The notes below the pieces were generated by a model that searched no databases, was not told where the DNA came from, and was given only the letters and a program-made list of their open reading frames with translations. From a virus (lineage: Duplodnaviria > Caudoviricetes), in the IMG/VR virus record IMGVR_UViG_3300024259_001623: 64,000 bases of DNA; one strand, 5' to 3'. Below, piece after piece: positions 48,564 through 56,606 of this stretch. Both the position numbers and the translations under genes were made by a program. The stretch's first letter is position 1, and each line of letters starts with the position of its first letter.

Positions 48564-51500
48564 ACCAAGAACCTGAGTATTTATCTATATTTCTCATATG
48601 TTCAACTTTATCCATAATACCATTAGCCATACCTGTATCAAATATTTTTTGTTCTTCTTCTAAATCTACCTGTTGCTGAACAGCATCAACAAGCTCTCTT
48701 TCAATCTCTTTCAATCTCTTTTCGTCTTCTGGACTCTGTATACCTATTTCAAAAATCTTTAACTGCTCATCTGTCAATTTAGTTATAATATTAGCTATTT
48801 TAATTTTGTTATCTACTCTTGATTTAAAGTCTTTATCTTCTGTTCCTTCGGCAACAATAGAAGTCACTTTAACTGGTTTCTGGCTATTAATTCTATAGGC
48901 TCTACCTCTCATCTGCTCAACAGATTCAGGCGTCCAGTCAAAATCATTTTCTATAACGTCTTCTACTATATTCGGAAAATCTAAACCAGTTCCTCCAGCC
49001 TGTATCATAAGGACCATAGCCCTTGCTCCACCCTGCCCCTTCATATCTTTGAAGTCTTCTATGATTTTCGCTTTTGTCTTTTTATGCATACCGCCCATTA
49101 TCGCTACGACCTGTCCACCACCCTGTTGTCTATCTAAAATTGACTGCAATCCGACCTGTAATTCAATAGCTGAATCTCTAAACGCCGTAAATACCATAAC
49201 TTTTTTGCCCTGAGAGAGGACTTGTTCGGCCTGTTGCAATGAATGTGGAACTTTGGCTATTGCCAAACAATTTCTTGTTGCTATCATAACTGATACAGTC
49301 AATTCAGGTTTTTTGTAATCCATAACCTTATTGCCAATACATCTATATAAAGATGATGTGTCAATATTGACTTCTACATCTTCTACATTCATATCTGGGA
49401 TGTCGCCCCTGACATCTTTCTTGGTTCTAGCCATATAAACGCCAGTAGCCATTAACCATTCTTTGAGCTTGTTGGCGGCTCTAACCTTATCTTCTACAGT
49501 AGCCTTTGTTCCCCCATACTTCATACCCCCCAGTTCTTTTGCGAAAGTAGCAGGAGTCAATTTACCTAGAGGATGATTTATAACTTTTAATTGATTATAT
49601 AAATCTGTAGGAGTATTAGCTACAACAGTAGCAGATGCTCCCCAAACAAAAGGTATTCCAAAAGTTTCTCCGTTCTCTTCAAAGGAAGATAAACTTTGGA
49701 TATTCGCTGTTCTTTGAGAGCCACCAGTTTTGATTTTATGTATCTCATCTAAAATTAGAACAGATATATTTCCTTGAGAAACTTGAGCCTTCAACTGTCT
49801 GACAGCTTCATCTCTTTGACTTTTAACAGAAAAATTAGTATATGTCAAAACATTCCATTTTGCTGCTCTACCTGCATCAGTAGAAACATCATTAGGTTCC
49901 ACAGTAGCGAACTGAACTATAGAATTTATCCATTGAGTTTGCAACTGGGGGTTCAAAGTGATAATCAAAACATTGCCACCATCTTTCTTTATTCTTAGAT
50001 CAGCAGCAACAATAGTCTGAACGGTTTTACCAACACCAGTGGAATCTCCCAATAAAGCAGATTGTCTGCCGTAAAGAAAAGCTACTCCCTCTTTCTGCTT
50101 ATCATATAACTCGAAATCTATTTCTTCACCGTCTTTAACGATAGTTTTTTTATAATCATCTAGAGCAGCTAAAAACGCCTCATGGTCATTAATCTTTGTA
50201 GTTCTTTTTTCTCCCCTTGCGTCAATGAAAACTTTTTCTTTTTGGAAACCGTCTAAGTCTCCTTCAACCCTAGTAACAGGAACAACATTCGTAGTAACCA
50301 AACCAGCTACAATTTTATTGAAATTAGCAGAATCAAAACCATTCGCTTCGAAGATACCTCTTTTGCCTCCACCGCCAGCTAATTGTTTATATGTATTATA
50401 GTCTCCACGGACTAAATATTCTTTATATCCATCTGGTCTTCTGTCTTTTCTAACTCTATGAAAAAAACTTTCGCCAGTATAGGGAGTATTTGGATCTTCC
50501 ATATTAGATGGATCATAAGGAGCAGAAACGTCAGGGACTACGGCTACAACTCTATCTCCATCTCCTTCCCCTGTGCTGTGTCTAGGGAACATAAATTTAA
50601 TAATGTCTTTAAGATTTACTGATGCTTTAGGTTCGGCTTTTTTATTATAAAAACTGAAAGCCATATGCCAAGAGCCATTAGTCTCTTTCGTAATATCTCT
50701 TACTTTTAATTGAACTAAGGCATTCTCTTTCTGAGGTTCTTTTTTTTCTGGAGGCAATCCAAGGTGTGTTTCTGCGGAATCAAACAATATCTTATCCATA
50801 AGATCCCAGATAGGAGAAGTATCAAAATCACCCTGCAAAGTCTGTATCATTCGTTTTATCACAGATGGATCAGGATCAATAAAAATTCTTGCGTGGTCTT
50901 TTTTATCATTGTTATAAAGGACTTTGTGAATACCTTCTGATTGGAGAGTTTTTATAAATTCATTCCAACTATCGGACCATACCCCTAAAGCAATAAGCAA
51001 TCTTCCCTTATCATACTCAACTCTGGCTATTTTTTGCTTTTCTGCCGGACCTTGCTTAGTAGGCTGTTTCAATAAATCTTCGATATCAGAAACATCATAT
51101 CCCATTTCTTTTAACATAGGAGCAACTACATTAAGATATTTTAACGATGCTTGATAAACATCTACTCCATCTTTGGAGGAATAAGAAAACATTTGCCAAG
51201 CCTTTCCTTGATCCCCTTTTGAAGCCATATCATCTTGTACAGCATTTTGTATCTTTTTCTGTCCACGACCTAAAGCCTTAATATACAATAAAAGCTTTCC
51301 CCATTGGTTCTTACCTAAAAATAATACCTTCTTGTCGTCTGTGACTTGAACACCTGGATTCAACTTCGCATTGATCAATTCAGAAATGCCTTGATAAACA
51401 GCATCATAATTCTGTAATTGAGTATTTTTGTATTTAGCCAAAATTCTCAGTACGTTAGAAGCAAGAGATATTGGTATCTCTGTCATATTAGATTCTGGAT

Positions 51501-51675
51501 AAGACAAAATACTATGAATATGAGCGCTATTATAATCGGTTTTATTAAAACCTAAAGAATCAAACTGAACAGGAGCGCCCCTCCCCATCATATCATTAAC
51601 AGCACCAATAAGTTGAGCTACAGCATCCCCTTTGATAGTTTGCTCTGACATTTTATGCAACAAAAGATTTTCCAT
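48541..51675 (-). CDS. SNF2/SWI2-family (HARP-like) helicase with a long N-terminal extension
   Basis: KQKEGV...DSTGVGKT, ILDEIH, ASAT, AGGTGLDF, QMRGRAYRI. Confidence 0.9.
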   Translation of the reverse strand: MENLLLHKMSEQTIKGDAVAQLIGAVNDMMGRGAPVQFDSLGFNKTDYNSAHIHSILSYPESNMTEIPISLASNVLRILAKYKNTQLQNYDAVYQGISELINAKLNPGVQVTDDKKVLFLGKNQWGKLLLYIKALGRGQKKIQNAVQDDMASKGDQGKAWQMFSYSSKDGVDVYQASLKYLNVVAPMLKEMGYDVSDIEDLLKQPTKQGPAEKQKIARVEYDKGRLLIALGVWSDSWNEFIKTLQSEGIHKVLYNNDKKDHARIFIDPDPSVIKRMIQTLQGDFDTSPIWDLMDKILFDSAETHLGLPPEKKEPQKENALVQLKVRDITKETNGSWHMAFSFYNKKAEPKASVNLKDIIKFMFPRHSTGEGDGDRVVAVVPDVSAPYDPSNMEDPNTPYTGESFFHRVRKDRRPDGYKEYLVRGDYNTYKQLAGGGGKRGIFEANGFDSANFNKIVAGLVTTNVVPVTRVEGDLDGFQKEKVFIDARGEKRTTKINDHEAFLAALDDYKKTIVKDGEEIDFELYDKQKEGVAFLYGRQSALLGDSTGVGKTVQTIVAADLRIKKDGGNVLIITLNPQLQTQWINSIVQFATVEPNDVSTDAGRAAKWNVLTYTNFSVKSQRDEAVRQLKAQVSQGNISVLILDEIHKIKTGGSQRTANIQSLSSFEENGETFGIPFVWGASATVVANTPTDLYNQLKVINHPLGKLTPATFAKELGGMKYGGTKATVEDKVRAANKLKEWLMATGVYMARTKKDVRGDIPDMNVEDVEVNIDTSSLYRCIGNKVMDYKKPELTVSVMIATRNCLAIAKVPHSLQQAEQVLSQGKKVMVFTAFRDSAIELQVGLQSILDRQQGGGQVVAIMGGMHKKTKAKIIEDFKDMKGQGGARAMVLMIQAGGTGLDFPNIVEDVIENDFDWTPESVEQMRGRAYRINSQKPVKVTSIVAEGTEDKDFKSRVDNKIKIANIITKLTDEQLKIFEIGIQSPEDEKRLKEIERELVDAVQQQVDLEEEQKIFDTGMANGIMDKVEHMRNIDKYSGSWYGRITNG

Positions 51676-51735
51676 GCTTATTTCTCCGTTTTAATAATAT
51701 TTTATTAGCGAAAAAATATCTTAAAACCTTTATTT

Positions 51736-52401
51736 TTAATAAGGTCTTTTAACAGGAGCTATAGCGAATGTAGAATCGTGTTTTAACGAGAATTCCTTCA
51801 AAGGAGCTTGATAATAATAATCACATGCTTTTCTGATATCTGGTCTATCATAATCATGATAAATAAGTAGTCCGTCATCCTTGATAAGTCTTTGAGAATT
51901 AAAAGTGTCTGTTAAGACTCCATAATCAGTATGTTCCCCATCTACGAAAATAACATCACAACTTTCTTTGCCCAATTCAGTTTCTAACTTATAAAGCTGT
52001 CTTTGAGATAAACCCTTCTTATATATGACGTTATCTTTATTAATTAGCATTTTTTCTGTGATATATCTAAATCTAACATCTTTAAGAGGACTATCATATG
52101 CAATCGTATAAAGCTTTGCATCTGGCTTAGCACAATGCATTACATACATACTAAGACCAAAATTGGTTCCTATTTCTATTATAATTTCAGCTTTTTCTTT
52201 AGCCCTGACTTGTTCAAATAAAAACTTATATGGTAAAAATTCTTGTTCTTCTAATGGACGAAGATCTCCATGCAAACAGGTCCAAAACAAAAAATTATGT
52301 CTTTTGTTTTTTCTCTTTCTGTAAACTTTAGGAGATTGATCTTTATAGCCACAATCTCTAGCCATTTTAATGATATTCAGTCTACACTCTTCCCATTCCA
52401 T
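51736..52401 (-). CDS. Class I SAM-dependent methyltransferase (Methyltransf_24-like)
   Basis: IIEIGTNFGLS, DVIFVDGEH, LLIYHDY. Confidence 0.8.
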   Translation of the reverse strand: MEWEECRLNIIKMARDCGYKDQSPKVYRKRKNKRHNFLFWTCLHGDLRPLEEQEFLPYKFLFEQVRAKEKAEIIIEIGTNFGLSMYVMHCAKPDAKLYTIAYDSPLKDVRFRYITEKMLINKDNVIYKKGLSQRQLYKLETELGKESCDVIFVDGEHTDYGVLTDTFNSQRLIKDDGLLIYHDYDRPDIRKACDYYYQAPLKEFSLKHDSTFAIAPVKRPY

Positions 52402-52421
52402 AGTGTTATATCTCCATTAAC

Positions 52422-52622
52422 TTATTTAATTACGCCTGCAATAGAAACTTGATATGTTATATTCTTTGGAGGCCATTCTAATTCTATTCCTATACTCGAC
52501 ATAGTAGAAGTAATGTCAACACCCATAGCCTCTGGGCATTTAGACACATATAAACACTTATGATTTTTTTTAAATTCTCCTATAATATTATCTAATTGTT
52601 TTCTAGCTCTAGGTTGCCAATA
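52422..52622 (-). pseudogene. Startless 66-codon C-terminal fragment of an unrelated (DUF2284-like) protein, in frame behind the coaB fragment
   Basis: YWQPRARKQL...CPEAMGVDITSTM...LEWPP...TYQVSIAGVIK* directly follows the TGA at 52623-52625 in the same frame. Confidence 0.45.
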
Positions 52623-53015
52623 TCAACCTTCATAAACATAATAATCGCTTACTGCTGCTGCTAAAACCGTAGCATCAAAAGACTGATTCTCCATAAGATC
52701 ATCCATAATTCTAGCATAATCAGCATAAGTCTTATATGTAATTTCTTTTATTCTTAATTTATTTCTTTTATAAAATCTATGTAGATTATAAAATGCAAAA
52801 GCATTTTTGAAGAAACCTTCCTTAACATCATATTTGACTATAAAAGGACTGCAACTTCCCTCTGCTCTCAAAAACGTAAGTTCTATATTATCATCTACTT
52901 TAAGAAACTCAGTTGCTATTCTAGAACCGAATGTACCTCTACTCATATTAGTTATACTTCTAACGTCATCAATAGGAACTTTTGTTCCTCCGCTTGTTAC
53001 GAGAACTTTAAACAT
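52623..53015 (-). pseudogene. coaB: C-terminally truncated phosphopantothenate-cysteine ligase (CoaB-like)
   Basis: VLVTSGGT..PID.VRSITNMSRGTFG...LAAAVSDY, then a stop. The C-terminal third of the family is missing. Confidence 0.7.
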
Positions 53016-53045
53016 TATTCTTCATCTCTCCTACTTGTGTATCAC

Positions 53046-53074
53046 ATTATACCATCAAAAAACACAATATGAAA
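53046..53074 (-). promoter_or_regulatory. Extended -10 sigma70-type promoter (TTTCAT-N17-TATAAT with TGn)
   Basis: TGG-TATAAT upstream of the coaB fragment. Confidence 0.6.
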
Positions 53075-53081
53075 TATAAAA

Positions 53082-53663
53082 TTATTTTATGATTTCTGGA
53101 CTATTTTTTCTTATTCTTTCAGAAAGATAATTATCCAGCAGCAGATAAATCAGTTTCCACTTCGCAAGTATATTCCATTCAAAGCCATTTGACGATATGC
53201 AAGCAATCCAAGATTTCTTTTTTCCATAGTCTTTCCAATAAGACAGGTCTTTTTTCAAATCTTGTGTTGTCTTGCCATCCCAGAAATCATGAAATGTTTC
53301 TTTAACGATTTTTGTTTTGTAATCACATTTGAGTTCGATTTTCCAGTCGCATTCTTCTCTTCTTCTTATATCCATCAAATAACTTTGTTCTTGGTGTTCC
53401 ACGGAATATTTGACGATATCAAATGCTTCATAAAAAGAGAGATGGAATTTCTTGGAAAGTTTTTTGATTACTTTCTGGCTATCAAATCCTCTTTCAACCA
53501 TATTGCGGGCTGCTCTATAAGGCAAAAAACAATCTTTGCCCGAAGGATAATCGTCCCAGCTTGTTGGGGGGATAGACCTCTTTCTTGCACCGTTGATCAC
53601 GGCGTTTTTGTGTCCTTTAGGACAACGATAGGTGTAACCTATCTTACGATACGTTCTGCTCAT
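53082..53663 (-). CDS. Hypothetical protein
   Basis: 193 aa with SD AAGGAG. Confidence 0.6.
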   Translation of the reverse strand: MSRTYRKIGYTYRCPKGHKNAVINGARKRSIPPTSWDDYPSGKDCFLPYRAARNMVERGFDSQKVIKKLSKKFHLSFYEAFDIVKYSVEHQEQSYLMDIRRREECDWKIELKCDYKTKIVKETFHDFWDGKTTQDLKKDLSYWKDYGKKKSWIACISSNGFEWNILAKWKLIYLLLDNYLSERIRKNSPEIIK

Positions 53664-53744
53664 TATAATCTCCTTTAAGTAAGTAACTTAAAGAAGACCA
53701 CTCATGTAGATTCCCATTTTCAGCATATTAATTCCTTTATATAA

Positions 53745-53827
53745 CGGAAGGAGAGGGAGTCGAACCCTCAAGGCCGTAGCTCGTCCGATTTCAAGTCGGG
53801 TGCAATCTCCAATTTGCTTGCCCTTCC
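53745..53827 (-). tRNA. tRNA-Ser(UGA)
   Basis: Loop CT-TGA-AA, long variable arm, GGTTCGACTCC T-arm, G discriminator, no CCA. Confidence 0.92.
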
Positions 53828-53847
53828 TTTTTAAAACAATTAGTTCG

Positions 53848-54033
53848 TTACATCCACCGCACTGGAACGGCTCTACCGCGAAGCACATGCCATGACGCCT
53901 TGATTCGCCATCTCAACCACCCAGCATTCCCTGGCTTAACGTTTTCCGGCTTTGCTAGATGCCAGACCCCATTATCTTTATCATGAGATATTGGTTGGTC
54001 AGATAATTCATTCATAGTATAAATAGTTCTCAT
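53848..54033 (-). CDS. 61-aa Trp-rich ORF embedded in the tRNA operon
   Basis: SD AGAGGAG, ATG at 54033: MRTIYTMNELSDQPISHDKDNGVWHLAKPENVKPGNAGWLRWRIKASWHVLRGRAVPVRWM. Confidence 0.75.
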   Translation of the reverse strand: MRTIYTMNELSDQPISHDKDNGVWHLAKPENVKPGNAGWLRWRIKASWHVLRGRAVPVRWM

Positions 54034-54056
54034 AATCTCTCCTCTACATTTCTTAT

Positions 54057-54145
54057 CGGATAGGACAGGGATCGAACCTGCATTACTCAAAAAGTAAACA
54101 GCCTTTCGAAGACTGCACGACCTACCAGTAGTCGTCACGCTATCC
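54057..54145 (-). tRNA. tRNA-Ser(CGA)
   Basis: Stem CAGTC/GGCTG, loop TT-CGA-AA, long variable arm, no CCA. Confidence 0.9.
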
Positions 54146-54150
54146 AAAAA

Positions 54151-54239
54151 CGGAAACGACAGGATTCGAACCTGTGGGACCGTTTGCACGGCCCGGCTGC
54201 TTTCCAAGCAACTGCGATCAACCACTCTGCCACGTTTCC
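54151..54239 (-). tRNA. tRNA-Ser(GGA)
   Basis: Stem GTTGC/GCAGC, loop TT-GGA-AA, long variable arm, no CCA. Confidence 0.92.
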
Positions 54240-54245
54240 AAATAA

Positions 54246-54320
54246 AGACGAAGGTGGGATTCGAACCCACGCATAGTAGTTTTGCAGACTACCGTGTTAG
54301 CCAGACTTCACCACTTCGTC
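54246..54320 (-). tRNA. tRNA-Cys(GCA)
   Basis: Loop CT-GCA-AA, U discriminator, no CCA. Confidence 0.92.
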
Positions 54321-54326
54321 ATTTAA

Positions 54327-54410
54327 TACCGGGAACGAGAGTCGAACTCGTACGCCCTTAATGGGCAATGGGTTTTAAACCCATCGTGTCTGCCATTCCA
54401 CCATCCCAGC
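54327..54410 (-). tRNA. tRNA-Leu(UAA)
   Basis: Stem ATGGG/CCCAT, loop TT-TAA-AA, A discriminator, no CCA. Confidence 0.92.
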
Positions 54411-54418
54411 TTATATAA

Positions 54419-54501
54419 TACCTCTAACAGGAGTCGAACCTGTAAGCCCTTTCGAGCAGCGGCTTTTGAAACCACCGTGTTTGCCGTTTCACCATAGAGG
54501 C
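54419..54501 (-). tRNA. tRNA-Leu(CAA)
   Basis: Stem GTGGT/GCCGC, loop TT-CAA-AA, A discriminator, no CCA. Confidence 0.9.
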
Positions 54502-54507
54502 ATTTAA

Positions 54508-54591
54508 CGCCTCTCTACAGGAATCGAACCTGCCTATTCTTACCATGACAGCCTTAGATGCCGTCACAGCAAAAATATTCCCCATAGAGGC
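54508..54591 (-). ncRNA. Non-canonical tRNA-like RNA with a CUA (amber) anticodon-type loop
   Basis: Same 5' 10 nt as tRNA-Leu(CAA), intact T-arm GCAGG-TTCGATT-CCTGT, 7-10 bp stem closing loop AT-CTA-AG, degenerate D-arm, one extra nt in the 3' acceptor strand. Confidence 0.7.
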
Positions 54592-54603
54592 ATATTTTTA
54601 TCT

Positions 54604-54679
54604 AAGGAAAGAAAATAATTTTGAAACAGAATTGGTTATTTATCTTTCCTTGTAATATTTTACAAAGACAAAGATAAAC
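54604..54679 (-). promoter_or_regulatory. Attenuator-like alternative hairpins (1:2 versus 2:3)
   Basis: Segment 2 (54636-54655) pairs with segment 1 (54660-54679; about 18 bp, 2-nt bulge) or with segment 3 (54604-54618; 15 bp, 1-nt bulge). Confidence 0.75.
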
Positions 54680-54734
54680 ACGATAACAAGCAGGATGAAA
54701 CGATTGAAAAACTAGTTGTGTTGAAGTTAGTCAT
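54660..54734 (-). CDS. 24-aa leader peptide MTNFNTTSFSIVSSCLLSCLSLSL
   Basis: SD AAGGA 7 nt before ATG. Codons 13-24 are TCA TCC TGC TTG TTA TCG TGT TTA TCT TTG TCT TTG. Confidence 0.8.
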   Translation of the reverse strand: MTNFNTTSFSIVSSCLLSCLSLSL

Positions 54735-54759
54735 TTTGCATTCCTTTATTATCTATACT

Positions 54760-54788
54760 ATTATAGGCAACGATTCTGAAAAACGCAA
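54760..54788 (-). promoter_or_regulatory. sigma70-type promoter TTGCGT-N17-TATAAT for the tRNA operon
   Basis: Exact 17-nt spacer, about 26 nt upstream of the leader ATG. Confidence 0.85.
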
Positions 54789-54806
54789 CAGGAAAATAAT
54801 ATTTTC

Positions 54807-54842
54807 AAAAAAAGAGTCAGCCTCTATAAAAAGACTGACTCT
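54807..54842 (-). terminator. Intrinsic terminator insulating the tRNA operon from upstream transcription
   Basis: AGAGTCAG...CTGACTCT stem followed by a T tract on the minus strand. Confidence 0.85.
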
Positions 54843-54909
54843 CGCCATTCGTCATGGCTTTTAGGAGGTGCCGCTTAACATAACTATATTATCGGAACAA
54901 CTCTTAAAA

Positions 54910-55215
54910 TTATTCCAATATATTTTTTATATTCTCATCTATTTCCTTGCTCTCTTTAGTTTGCTCACAAATATCCCCAAATTCATCTTCCTCATTCAAG
55001 CTTGGATTAACAAAAATCATCAGATCATCATGAAATTTATTATTTTTAGTCCAAAAAGACTTCTTTAACATAACCAGTCTAACGCACTGCATACTCTCAT
55101 GGTCCTCAGCCTCGTCTGCTGCCCTCAGAAGCTCACTAGATAGCTCCCTGGCCTCAGCGACCGTCAAAGTCTTCCTGTCGTTAGAATCGCCTTTTCTCTC
55201 TCTTATTATAACCAT
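54910..55215 (-). CDS. Hypothetical protein
   Basis: 101-aa ORF. Confidence 0.6.
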   Translation of the reverse strand: MVIIRERKGDSNDRKTLTVAEARELSSELLRAADEAEDHESMQCVRLVMLKKSFWTKNNKFHDDLMIFVNPSLNEEDEFGDICEQTKESKEIDENIKNILE

Positions 55216-55230
55216 TATATTAATCCTATA

Positions 55231-55842
55231 TTATATATCAAGAAAAGAAAAACTTTTGTGGCCAGTAGTTACTGAATCGTCCCACATCTTCCTAATCTTC
55301 TTATGAATCTTATCGATATTGCCAACTTTATCTTGTAGATTTGAATAAAGCTCATACCTGCGTTCTTTTATAATAGTTTTAAAACTATCACTTACAAGAT
55401 GAATAACACTGTTCCTCATCTCTATTTGTCTATCATTAACTCTGGAATTTAAATGACATTCAACCCATTTTGTAATATTCTCCGACTTACTTCTTAAATC
55501 AGTATCAGAACATTTTATATTATTTTGACATTCAATTCTATTTATAACTTTTACTTCTTCACTCAGCCCATTTAACAAAGAATGTATACTAACATCTGTG
55601 AAACCATCATCTTCATTTATTATATCTGTGCAATCATCTTCATTTTCTTTATAATACTTCATTTTATCAAACAAAGACAAACATTCTGTTCTTAAATCAG
55701 ATATCATTTTACCATTAATATGATAAACATATTGACCACATTGGGTTCGCTTACGACGGATAGCCCTAAGTTCGTTCACAAAAACAAATATAGGGCTATC
55801 CTCTGAGTATCCATTTATAGTATGTTTAGATAAATCTTCCAT
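55231..55842 (-). CDS. Hypothetical protein
   Basis: 203-aa ORF ending FSFLDI. Confidence 0.6.
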   Translation of the reverse strand: MEDLSKHTINGYSEDSPIFVFVNELRAIRRKRTQCGQYVYHINGKMISDLRTECLSLFDKMKYYKENEDDCTDIINEDDGFTDVSIHSLLNGLSEEVKVINRIECQNNIKCSDTDLRSKSENITKWVECHLNSRVNDRQIEMRNSVIHLVSDSFKTIIKERRYELYSNLQDKVGNIDKIHKKIRKMWDDSVTTGHKSFSFLDI

Positions 55843-55847
55843 ATCAA

Positions 55848-56579
55848 TTATACATCTTCTGTGACTTCCTCTTCATCATTATATAATTTACACTTTACTG
55901 ATTTTCCAACAGACCTCATTGTAGCGTACTTAGCCAATCCTTCTGTTTGTTTAGCAAACGCACCTTGAGTGTCAGCAAGCCCTTTATATGCAATAGTATT
56001 ACTTGCAGGGATATTCAACTGACTAGCGATCTTTTGAACATCATGATTAACGCCTATATAAGAAAAAGTCCACTGATCTGTATCATCCTGCAATTCAGCA
56101 ATAATTTTAGCGACACTACTCTTGTCATATTCTTTAGAAGAATTATCATAACCGTCTGTAAAGATAGTCACAACAACCTTAACTTCTTCGTTATCTGACA
56201 TTTCTTTTTTCAATTCTTCTTTGATCTTCATAACATTATGACCAACAGCGTCACACATAGCAGTCATTCCGCCTGGAGCATATCCGTCTACATTGATTTC
56301 TTCTAACTTGTCGATTTTCTCTTTCCATAAAGCAACTTCAATTTTATCATTAAAATAAATCAAAGAAATAAGGAAATCTTGATCTTCAAATTCTCCATTT
56401 AATCTTTTGATTGTCTGTACGTTCTCATTAAACCCATCTACTGCAACTCCCCTAACAGCATGCATCGATCCACTCTTATCTAAAATCATCATATAATGAG
56501 TGACCTTTTTGTTCTTCTTACTAATCTTCTTTTTCTTTGGAGGGTTATCCCCAAGATCCAAAAACTTATTCTCTTTCAT
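55848..56579 (-). CDS. vWA domain protein
   Basis: MIDAS motif ILDKSGSM, GMTAMCDA, IFTDGYDN. Confidence 0.9.
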   Translation of the reverse strand: MKENKFLDLGDNPPKKKKISKKNKKVTHYMMILDKSGSMHAVRGVAVDGFNENVQTIKRLNGEFEDQDFLISLIYFNDKIEVALWKEKIDKLEEINVDGYAPGGMTAMCDAVGHNVMKIKEELKKEMSDNEEVKVVVTIFTDGYDNSSKEYDKSSVAKIIAELQDDTDQWTFSYIGVNHDVQKIASQLNIPASNTIAYKGLADTQGAFAKQTEGLAKYATMRSVGKSVKCKLYNDEEEVTEDV

Positions 56580-56606
56580 TTAAAAATCTCCTTATAAACA
56601 ACATTA

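Noticed and set aside
53688-54270. Track ORFs 53688-53888 and the 5' part of 53848-54270
   Set aside because: They read through tRNA genes. Only 53848-54033 has an SD and sits between tRNAs.
54508-54591. Assignment of the CUA element as tRNA-Pyl or tRNA-Sec
   Set aside because: Its 5' end matches the neighbouring tRNA-Leu, the D-arm is not canonical, and no pyl or sel genes are in the window.
54726-54741. Alternative micro-ORF MQND* from the first ATG after the tRNA-operon promoter
   Set aside because: That ATG abuts the SD with no spacing. The second ATG has a 7-nt spacing and gives the codon-matched peptide.
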